A program made the position numbers and the translations under genes. Below, piece after piece: positions 31,790 to 41,199 of a DNA stretch of 64,000 nt; the first letter of the stretch is position 1; each line of letters starts with the position of its first letter. The stretch is from Savitreella phatthalungensis (lineage: Eukaryota): assembly GCA_051599415.1 (NCBI GenBank), contig AP039707.1, positions 186,001-250,000 on the forward strand, read 5' to 3'. The notes beneath the pieces were generated by a model. It was given only the letters and a program-made list of their open reading frames with translations, made no database searches and was not told the DNA's origin.

Positions 31790-34700
31790 TTAAAGCGAGA
31801 GGATGTAGCCAGCCACTTTGTCAAAGAACAGCTGGAAAACTGAAATGATGATGAACAAGCAGAAGCATGGCAACCAGAAGAAGGTCATCATCGTATCAGA
31901 CTTCTTCTTCGAGCGACGCGCTTGCTCTCGAAGTTCCTCTGGAGTCATCTGTTCGATTCGACCTTGGGATCGAAGGGGCACTGAGCGCCGCAGAAGCCAG
32001 GACCGGGTGGCGCCGGACGCAGAGTCGCCATCGCTCGAACCGTGACCCTCCCGGGAGCTCGCTACAGCTGCGGTGATCGCGTCTGCCCGGCTGCTGCTTC
32101 CCTCAACGATATGTGGTAGGTCGCGCAGGATCGGGATGCTGGCCGTGGCTTCTTGATAAGATGGCGGCGCAGAGAGATGTGACACAAGACTCTGCAGCCA
32201 GGTCCCATCGGTGGTCGAGGCCGTTCCTTTGACGGGAATAGTCTCATTTGACTCGGTCACTAGTCGAGAGGGTGCCGGAATGATCGCCTGGAATGCGGCA
32301 ATGCTTTGTGGCATCTCGATCTGGGAAAGACTCGACGGCTTGAAGATGTCCGGTATCGATGGAGTGCTCTGAAGAGTCTTCTGCAGCCAGGGCGGTGCAT
32401 TCGCAAGGAGATCAAGCCAGCTCTGCTGCAACTGTGTCAAATTCCGTGCAGTGCGTGAAGATGCCGACGAGGTCTTTGGCTCAGACCGATCGGTCATCCG
32501 AGACCCACACCGAGCCTTGTTGACATTGAGCTTTGCACTGAACCGAATCAAATCTGCTGCTAGGCCGTCCGCGCTCTCACCCAAATCTGCCGCGCGTCCA
32601 ACACTCTTGCTACGTCGCCGACCGGCGCGATCCTCTGTTTGGCTGTTGCGGCGTGAGGACCTCTCTGGCGACGCAGCACGACTATTCGGTTGCGTGATGC
32701 TGCGATGGTGATGCAGTTCGCGGCTACGACTGAAGTCATCATCTGTGGCGGTGAGGGTGTGCACAGAGTCGACGCTCGCTTCAGATCCGCAAGCACTGGT
32801 GCGCGACAATCTTCGCTGGTGTGCATGCGACTGGGCCTCCTCCGCTGACCATGGATCGACGATGGCAAGGAGCTCGACATCGTCGTGGTGCGAGGCAATG
32901 TCGTACGCTGTGCGCCCGTCACAGGTGAGCAGTGAACAATTGGCGCGAGCCTCGGCTACCAGGATGGCTGCAATGTCATTGTTTGAGGCGCTCGCGGCCA
33001 GATGCAAGGAGGTATAGCCATTGCGGTCGCGGACGTTTGCGCTTGCGCCCATATCGACCAGATCCTGAACAAGGTCCGTGTAACCTTGAAGTGTGGCCAG
33101 ATGCAGGAGCGTGTGTCCGGACTTCGATCGATGGGAAATGCGGAGCGGATGAGATGACGCGACTTCGCCAAGGTAGCGCATGCATGCGCAAAGCATCTCT
33201 TCCAGGTCATCTGACTCGTCGACGCCGAGGGCCGCACGCAGGCGCGAAACGGGGACATTGGACATGTTTGCGTCGACCATATGCGTCGGTGCGCTTGAGC
33301 CACATATTCGCAAAGCCACATCCCGGGCATTTTCCAGTCTGCCACTCGTCTTCAAACCGATCACCTGAAGCGCAAGCTCCATCAATGCACGGTCTGTCTC
33401 GTCGACATAGGTAAAGTGCTTGACAGCAGTGTGCTGCAGGTGAGTGGGGAATTCTTTGAAGGAGACCATGACTGGTCCGGCATTCATCGCAGGTGGAAGG
33501 ACGCAAACCATGGTCGTTGCGCTCCAGCAATGAGTCGGCACAGCAGGGACATCGCCAAACATAGCAGTCAAGCCGGGATAGAAACCGGAGCCGAGAATCG
33601 TCACTTCAATGCCGCCACGCAAGGGCCCTTCAGCAGGGATCAGTCGACTAACCGCGGGCGGCTCCGCATATCCAGACGAGCTGTGCACTGCGTGCATCGG
33701 TGCAAATCGTGGATCAACGCTGCCGGCTAGTTCCGCATGTCTAGCGCGCGGGCTCAACGAGAATCTGTCGGCATCCTGTATGACATTTGGCGAGGTCAGG
33801 CCGCTGGGTAAGTGCTTGAGCGACTGTGTCGGCGACGATATCTCGGAGCCATCCTCATGCACGTTCATGAACATCATGAGCGAATCCTGTGATGGCGAAC
33901 GCTTGACCTTCTTCTCTTCAGATGATTTGCGATATGGTCCACCTGCAGACTGCGGGTACGGGGCAATCTGTTGTGGCTGCGGGACATGAGGCGAGGCTCC
34001 GGTCGGCACGCGCGTCATAGACAGGGAGCTTGGTACCTTTGCAAGCTTTCCATTGCTGCTGGTGGAAGTTGGAGCGATCAGAGAGTCGGACTTGCGCTTG
34101 CGTGATGAAATTGGTCCCGGAGTCGATGCTGAAGGTAGATTGAGCTCGGTCGATAGACAAGATGCCACTGGAGGGCCCATGTATGCAGGTCGAGGCGGGA
34201 AGGGCGCGCCCGTCACGGTGGTAGTCTCCTCGCGTTGCGTCTTGTCCACCTTGCCAGTGGTTTTGTGGTCGTCAGTGATGAGAATTATGTCTGATGTCGT
34301 ACTCGCCAGCAGGGCTCCTGTCGCATCGCGAAGATTGATGATAACACGGAAACCATCCTTTTCCTTGTGATGACGGCAATAGCAAGTGACGCGCATCGGA
34401 GCGAAGGCGTGACCTGCGCTCAATTCCAGTAGCTCAGGGCAATTGAACACCATAATCTTGCGTTCCTCATCTGGTAGCGGTGTCAAATCCTGTGCATCTC
34501 CAATCGAATTGCTTGTGTTGAAACCATCTCGCTTCATGGGCAGATCTTTCTTGCGCTGGGCACGCTTACGCTCACGCACAATGCAGCCAGGACAAATCGT
34601 CACCTCCTCAAATGGCTCCGAGCTTTTGACGACTTTGCAATCGAGAAAGACGATTTCGTGTGGATTGATGGTGCTCGGGGCATCTTTGCGATTCTTCACC

Positions 34701-35470
34701 TTCAACTTTTCCTTTGCCATTGTCCAGGTCGGCAATTTTAGCCACCTGAAGCGATCAAAGGCTGGAGCGATCGAGTGCCGTCCATGTGCGTCCACGACGA
34801 TCTCCTGTAGCTGAATTCCAAGTCTTATCTGCGTCTCAACGCGCGACTTGGTGGGGATTCCCATGAGATTTAGACGCAGCATTGGCTGGGTGGACGTGGC
34901 GGAGAACGATGCTGGGCCAGCAGCAACGTTGGACGAGACAGATGGCAGTGGTGCGCATGGCTCGTTTGCGGCTTTTGCGGGGGTCGACATATCAGCGCTG
35001 CCAGGCATGTATGGCTGCGCACTATCCATCGACGTGCGCGTCTCAGTTGCGGGCGGCGTGGGCGGCATGATGAGGTCATCGGTGTGACTCTTCGTATCGT
35101 CACTGATATATGACGAGAGCTGTTCGCTTGTCCGCAAGAGCTCGTCACCATGCGCGATTGAACCTGCTGAATCGTTCGCGCCGATATGGTCTGTCTCGTC
35201 TGTGCCGTCATTACTCACAGAGGGCGATGCATCTTCGGAGTCCGGAGATGAGACGCTCGTGGAGTCCTCGAGAAATGACGCAAAGCTATCCTCAAGCACG
35301 CCTTCGGTAAATCCTGCACCGTTCTCGACATTCGCCATACCTAGTTGGTCGTCGATGAAATCCTTGAAGAAGTCGTTCATCGCTGCGGATGGAAGCATTG
35401 CATCTGCAGAGGGCATTGATGACTCGTGAAGTGATGCGTCACTTGCAACTGTGGATGTATGGTCCGTCAT
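31790..35470 (-). CDS. MGA2: Membrane-bound transcription factor Mga2/Spt23 (IPT/TIG, ankyrin repeats, C-terminal TM)
   Basis: PTKSRVETQIRL, CIVRERKRA, RVTCYCRHHKEK, ITDDHK, RLIPAEGPLRGGIEVTILG, ankyrins GHTLLHLA and GYTSLHLAA, and the TM MMTFFWLP. Confidence 0.93.
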   Translation of the reverse strand: MTDHTSTVASDASLHESSMPSADAMLPSAAMNDFFKDFIDDQLGMANVENGAGFTEGVLEDSFASFLEDSTSVSSPDSEDASPSVSNDGTDETDHIGANDSAGSIAHGDELLRTSEQLSSYISDDTKSHTDDLIMPPTPPATETRTSMDSAQPYMPGSADMSTPAKAANEPCAPLPSVSSNVAAGPASFSATSTQPMLRLNLMGIPTKSRVETQIRLGIQLQEIVVDAHGRHSIAPAFDRFRWLKLPTWTMAKEKLKVKNRKDAPSTINPHEIVFLDCKVVKSSEPFEEVTICPGCIVRERKRAQRKKDLPMKRDGFNTSNSIGDAQDLTPLPDEERKIMVFNCPELLELSAGHAFAPMRVTCYCRHHKEKDGFRVIINLRDATGALLASTTSDIILITDDHKTTGKVDKTQREETTTVTGAPFPPRPAYMGPPVASCLSTELNLPSASTPGPISSRKRKSDSLIAPTSTSSNGKLAKVPSSLSMTRVPTGASPHVPQPQQIAPYPQSAGGPYRKSSEEKKVKRSPSQDSLMMFMNVHEDGSEISSPTQSLKHLPSGLTSPNVIQDADRFSLSPRARHAELAGSVDPRFAPMHAVHSSSGYAEPPAVSRLIPAEGPLRGGIEVTILGSGFYPGLTAMFGDVPAVPTHCWSATTMVCVLPPAMNAGPVMVSFKEFPTHLQHTAVKHFTYVDETDRALMELALQVIGLKTSGRLENARDVALRICGSSAPTHMVDANMSNVPVSRLRAALGVDESDDLEEMLCACMRYLGEVASSHPLRISHRSKSGHTLLHLATLQGYTDLVQDLVDMGASANVRDRNGYTSLHLAASASNNDIAAILVAEARANCSLLTCDGRTAYDIASHHDDVELLAIVDPWSAEEAQSHAHQRRLSRTSACGSEASVDSVHTLTATDDDFSRSRELHHHRSITQPNSRAASPERSSRRNSQTEDRAGRRRSKSVGRAADLGESADGLAADLIRFSAKLNVNKARCGSRMTDRSEPKTSSASSRTARNLTQLQQSWLDLLANAPPWLQKTLQSTPSIPDIFKPSSLSQIEMPQSIAAFQAIIPAPSRLVTESNETIPVKGTASTTDGTWLQSLVSHLSAPPSYQEATASIPILRDLPHIVEGSSSRADAITAAVASSREGHGSSDGDSASGATRSWLLRRSVPLRSQGRIEQMTPEELREQARRSKKKSDTMMTFFWLPCFCLFIIISVFQLFFDKVAGYILSL

Positions 35471-37420
35471 GTGGTGTTCACAGGTGCGGTTGGCGAGTTA
35501 GATATGCCAGAGACGGATAGAATCAGCTTCGGGACACAGCCCCTAAAGCCGTAGATTCAGCCGCGATTGGCGATTGAAGTGGCCGCTGGGAGGCTTGCGC
35601 ACGGACCTCTGAGCTTTTTCGCCAGACTAAAGATGAATGACCTGACTCTGTCGCGCCAAGAGCCTCGGGTCTTCAAATACAGTGCATCAGTCGCGTCAGA
35701 AAAGAGATGCAATGAGAGTGTGTATCGCACACAGGTTATGCGCTCGTATGTCTTCACCTTTGTATCTCACTCTGTGAGCTTATGTTCAAATGTAGCAGAG
35801 GATGAAGGAGGGCGCGTCTCTGGCCCAGGCGCTTCGTGTCGCCTAACAGGTCTGCAGGTTAGAGGTTTGAGGTTTCCATTTGCTAGCTGGATTTGAGTTG
35901 AAAGGTGAAAGAATTCATACACCAAAGGGTCTGATTCATACACTACAGGGAATCCGCTTCTCCGAGGCTATACACAGTGAAAGATGGCTATCAATTTTAG
36001 CTGCATGCATGACTATGACTGCAGCCAGCTCTACTTGGAGTAATTTGTCCTTGAATGAGCCTCTCAATCGAATTCTATTGGACTGCATAGATTTGAATTA
36101 GATTGAATTTAATCGAGTTAGAATTGGAATTCAAGGAGTGAATTGAACAACACAGATATACTTCGAGTAATGAGAACCAGCTGGACGTTCACCTCCTCCG
36201 GTTCATGGATGATTGAATTAGTGTATCCAATCAAAATTTAGCTACGCATCGCCTCACCTCCCCCATTATTTCCAGACTGGTGGCGCATCCCAGAGTTCAA
36301 ATTGATTGCACCTGGATGCACGTTCACGTTTGGAATTGACCCACATATCCGTGTCAACGCACAGAAGTAGGCCCAGTCCAAGTGTGCAAAGGCCCGTGCA
36401 CATCAAAGCGGCTGCATCCATGCATGCAACGAAGTTATTGAAGCAAAGCCCTTAAGGGTGATTTCCACTAGGCCAATTAACAAGATTAATTTGGGAGATC
36501 CATGGGACTGGCCTCAGTGTGGAACAAGCAAGATCCATATATAGACATCACATAGATGATATCTAAGTCATATGCGTACATGCTTCAGTTCAATCCTCTT
36601 GTTCCTCTACAAAGTAATACTGTACACATAGTTCCATGATTTATTCTGGACTTCAGGCTGATGAAGGTCAAATGCACCGCTCGTCTCAATGTTCTGCTTT
36701 GAACACGTTGACACAATCAAGTGGATCATCCTTCTTCAGCCTGTCCACGGAGCGGAGTTCCATACCCTTTCGAATTATTCGTCCCAACAGCGGTTCTAAC
36801 ACAGGTCAAATCGAAAAATTCTCAGAAAAAAGCTCCGGATGAGCGTATGATAAGGCCCATGTCGTCTGCCTCGGACAGCACTAACCATTCACCCTCTTTT
36901 TGAATCAGCTACAGTGTGAGCGGTGCCTGCGCCCCACCCTGTACACTTCTCCAAGTATGAGCTGATGGAGATCGTCAAGACGGTATCAGCTTATCTCGGT
37001 GAGCTTGAAGCGAGATACATTTCTGACTTCCACCTTATCTTTTTGAACTTGGACTATGGGTGCATGTCTGACTGCCGAAGCATGCGGATAGGCGCAGTAT
37101 AAGAAGGCTCGCCTGTTCATCTACTTTTGCAGGTGCGATATCGATTCTCTGGCGGATCAGTCAATGTGTCGCGCCATCACGTGAAGCTCGTGCTCAGAAA
37201 TAAGTCCAGTCTCCGCAGATTCGTACATACACGCCCACACATACGTACACTGGAAGTGTATGTGTGTCCGAGCGCGTACCATGTGGCTTGCAGGAATAGC
37301 CAACTGAATAGTGCTACCAAGTGCCATGTACCCACACAAAGTCATCCCACGAAGCCACTACGCAAGTTCTATTGCTTCAAACGTTTCGTAATCACATCGA
37401 CATAGTCACATGTCCAATCA

Positions 37421-37941
37421 TTAGTATGAGGTCCTATGCAGCATGACTTCAAGCGGCGGACCTGCTGGCTTAGACTTGACTGACATGGTAAGCATGCACC
37501 ACTCTACTTCCGAGACATTAGACACAATCGAAAGACTTTGATGCGTGCTCGTGCGTCTGATGCATCGGAAGGACAGTACCCACGCTTTCGATTAATTACA
37601 CATTTCTAACAATCTATCGACTTACCACACCGATGCAGAGCTCTTTCGGAATCCGACAGAACTCTCGTGTACGCTGTGCAAACTCGATAGTAACTTGCGT
37701 TCTCCTGTATTGGGTGAGCTTTCGATATTCTTCTTCCAGATGAAAGATGTGAGTTGACTAGTTGACACGATTCTTTTAGAGTTTCGTTGGAATCATTGAT
37801 AAACTCGGTTGGTGGTATGATAGTGATGGAAGACATATCTAGACACTTCAGCCGCGGGCTAGGTTTTCCTGATAGACAAGCGAAGACGAGTATCAGGGCG
37901 ACTCGAATAATTGTCCTGACGATCGACACAGCTGATATCAT
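37421..37941 (-). CDS. Candidate small secreted Cys-containing protein (possibly 2 exons)
   Basis: ATG ORF with a signal-peptide-like start (IIRVALILVFACLSG). A GTAAGT donor at 37625 and an AAG acceptor at 37585 would extend it by about 55 codons to TAA at 37421. Confidence 0.35.
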
Positions 37942-38718
37942 TCATATTGATTTCGCACGTAAGAGCAATATTTCAGGCAGTGGCGCCGAGCTTCGATATT
38001 CCAGGTATTCGGTCTAGCTCCGAATGACGCTCAGGCTTATCCACACACGCCTCGATATTTCAAGAGCGTCAAGAATACCTTCGATGTGGGTAGCGCCCCC
38101 TCGGAGGGCCACGACTTAGGACTCGTACGTTTTTGCTCGGGCAGAATGCAAGACTCCGCACGTCGTCGCCGTCCCAAACCGAGCTAAGAAGAAGCATGTA
38201 CGTCTTGACTGGACCCCCTTGTGATTAGGCGATAGTCTCGCCCTGCTACAATCACAGGATCTGGTCAGAGTCTTCTTAGCGATTGTGCATGCGACTTGAG
38301 TTCCCTTGCATTCGAGATTGAATCAAATGCAGTCTGAGTCAGGTGAGAATTGGTAATAACATGAAGTCGTGTGGATCTTCTGCGGAGCCGAGCCAATGCG
38401 ATGCCCGCGGGTGCAAGTGCTGACCTGGGGTTGAGTCTATCTGAAACCCCACGTATAATGTATGATCTGCATCTTCGTAGCTAGATTGCCTTGTCCTGAT
38501 GAAATTGGCCGAGCTTGACATCATGTGAGCCAGTTCACACAGGCACTTTTGCAAACGAGCCGATACTCATACACGTTCGACTAGACACAAGACGCCTACC
38601 TTCCTATCGCGGCGCAAGCTGCGTATCAGCATCAGCATTATAAGAGACGGTACTATCGAGCGCGCGCAGTCTCTAGGTTACGTTTGATGATTTGAAGGCC
38701 TCAGACACGATCCTTCCC

Positions 38719-39223
38719 ATGCTCGACTTTCTTAGTCGCTGGACTGCTGCTGTTTGCTCAACCGGCGCAACGTTGAGCAACACCCCATTGGTGTTTGAGC
38801 CCGAGATGGAGGACATAACAATTCTGGTATGCAGGTGCTGTGGTGGTATGTGAGCATGCATCGTCGCGTTCCCAGCAGTCGAGGCTGACTCTGCAGCGCA
38901 TCTTTCGCAGTCCGCTGCAATAATGTCCAAGGCCTTCACCGGTCGGTACGGCAGGGCAGTGCTTGTACGCACGACGTCGAATGTCTCCGTCACTGGCCGG
39001 TCGGAGCGAGTATTGTCGACAGGATCGCATGTCGTCGGTGATATTGCTTGTCGTGGGTGCGACACCATCATCGGCTGGAAGTAGTGAGCTACCCGATCAA
39101 GCAGCATGCATTGCCTTACTGACGTGTAGCATGGCGTGTCCGGCTAGTCAAGTGTACAAACAGGACAAGTTCATCCTCGAGGAGCACTGCATTCGTAAAC
39201 TCAATTCGAGTTGGCTCGAATAA
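38719..39223 (+). CDS. Yippee/Moh1-family zinc-binding protein, 3 exons
   Basis: Exons 38719-38845, 38897-39083 and 39130-39223. Introns read GTATGT..GCTGAC..CAG and GTGAGC..TACTGAC..TAG. Spliced product: CRCCGAHL...MSKAFTGRYGRA...TGSHVVGDIACRGCDTIIGWKY...SQVYKQDKFILE. Confidence 0.88.
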
Positions 39224-39909
39224 AGTATGACTGCGAGACTCGCGAGTGGTATCGAAAATCGGCGGAGGCAGACAGCCCACTGGAATTTCTGTGGCATCGA
39301 ACATCGAGTATCATGGTGATGTTGACGGCCGATTGTCACTGCTAAAGTGTACAAGTCAACTGAACGAGTGGCTTCCAACACCATGGCCACCCTGATGATG
39401 GCTAGTCATTTGTACACCTTTTTCCAAGTACTGTAACGAGCGTCTACATCAATGGCTGGCCCTGAAGCTTTCTTCTGTGCAAGCGATTTTGCATGACACT
39501 TCCACGGGCCTGCTCACATTAGATTTCCTGTTTGTAACTTAACTGTACTCTTTCTATTTACCACATTCTAGATCGAAATTTTCACTGACGCCAGATGGGA
39601 ACAATCACTCCAGGATAATAGTCAGTCAGAGTCAGGGTCAGGCGCATGGTCCTTTGCTGAGGTGGATCCTAGCTAAACCCGCGCAACCAGCACCTCACAG
39701 TGGTAACGCAACGGCAAGTTCTGACTCCACTACCGGTCAGCACAGTCAGACATAGTCGCTCCAACGCGCTGAATCTCACGACTCAAGGACGCGGATTCTG
39801 ATTCGCTCGGCTGAAGGAGCGCACGACAGTTCGTATTGTAGAACATTTCAGATCGAAGCGACAGATTTTACACTGGTCCAAGGCGACACGTTCAAGCTGA
39901 AGTATAAGA

Positions 39910-41128
39910 ATGTCTCATCAATTTTACAACCAATTACTCATGTCGAATCCTGAGGGTGCCTCGCGCACCTCCTCGACTTCGAAGAAGACCAAGGCGCCTT
40001 CCAGTCGGTCAGGCTCTGGCCGTGGGCTCGCCAAGCCGGCCAAGCGTGCAGGACGCTCAGCCAGAAAGCAAACCCAGGACGCTGATGAACAAGATGAGGA
40101 CGTCTTCGTGACGCATCAATCCATCGTTTGCCAAACAGCTTCTGGATCAAAGTTCTTCTACCGCTCGGCGCCCGACGCCGGCGGCCAGTGCTGGGGGTGA
40201 GGTCGCATCATCGGCAAAGACCCATGCCTCGTCGTTCAAGATGAGCGACGTTGGCAGGGCCGCGAACGTACCGATGTCACTGCGTGAGAGGCATGACATC
40301 ATGGGAAGTCGCGCAACATCTGCAATACTGAAAGCCCCAAGCCGAGAGGTCTACGGCTTCGAACAGCAGCAACAAGAGACAATTCGTGGCTGGTTCGCTG
40401 CAGCGCTCAAGCTCCGCGTGCCTGCTGCTGGCGCAATTCAGGATACTCTCGTCGTCCGGGAAGAAGGCACAGTCACAGTGTGCGGCGCAATTGTAGTACA
40501 CGGTGGTGTATCGACGCTCTACCTCATGCCGGCCACAGCCTTTGAGCCTGATTCTGCGATCCTGTCGTCGGCGCTTGCGTGCCCTAAATTGACAAGCATA
40601 TCCCTGCGCTCAGACGACATGCACGCCTATTTTGGCACGCCAGGCGTTCTTCAACGGGCGGAAGAGGACACAGCCTCTGTCTCGAGCAGCGAATCCGACT
40701 ACGGAAGCGTCTCGACGACGGCAACGACTCAGCTTCACTCGCCTGTATTGGCGGCCTACAATTCGCCCGTCAAGCGTGCATTGAGAGCGAGTGTGAACGA
40801 TGGCGACTCTGATGACACGCCTGGCGAGTCTTTGGCCGCGGTAGGCCCAGGTAGCTATTCGACGCAAGGTCTTGCTCTGAAACAGCGTCTGGTGGCACTG
40901 CTCGATCTTGCCATCGACTGTCTAGCATGCTCCAGTCTGTGCTTGTTCATTGACCGACGCGGTCTGGACGCCAAGCAGCTCGCCTCACTGGTCCGCGATA
41001 TGTCTTGGGTCGGGTTCAGCTCAACGCTGCCGGCAAAAGTTCTGCACCGATTGCCACTCGCAAGAATCACAGATCCGAGCATGACTACGATCGACGAGGC
41101 ATTTGTCCCTCTTTTCATGGAGCTTTAG
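39910..41128 (+). CDS. OAZ1: Ornithine decarboxylase antizyme, expressed through a +1 programmed ribosomal frameshift (ORF1 39910-40200; ORF2 read from 40199)
   Basis: ORF1 ends KFFYRSAPDAGGQCWG-UGA. The +1 frame is open from 40199 (EVASS...) to 41128 and carries the antizyme core LKQRLVALLDLAIDCLACSSLCLFIDR...LVRDMSWVGF. The fused product is about 405 aa. Confidence 0.9.
40192..40259 (+). promoter_or_regulatory. Antizyme +1 frameshift site (UGG GGG UGA G) and downstream stem-loop
   Basis: Stop at 40198-40200. Hairpin at 40221-40259: CCC-A-TGCC-T-CGTCGTTCA-(AGA)-TGAGCGACG-TT-GGCA-GGG. Confidence 0.75.
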
Positions 41129-41199
41129 CGCCACATTCTCGTAGGAATTCATTCATTCTCTGTAATTTAAGTTGCGATCTCGACCTATGTCTATGATGC

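Noticed and set aside
40241..41128. Treating the 295-aa ORF as an independent gene, or the locus as a frameshifted pseudogene
   Set aside because: The +1 frame is open back to the ORF1 UGA, and the arrangement matches the conserved antizyme architecture.
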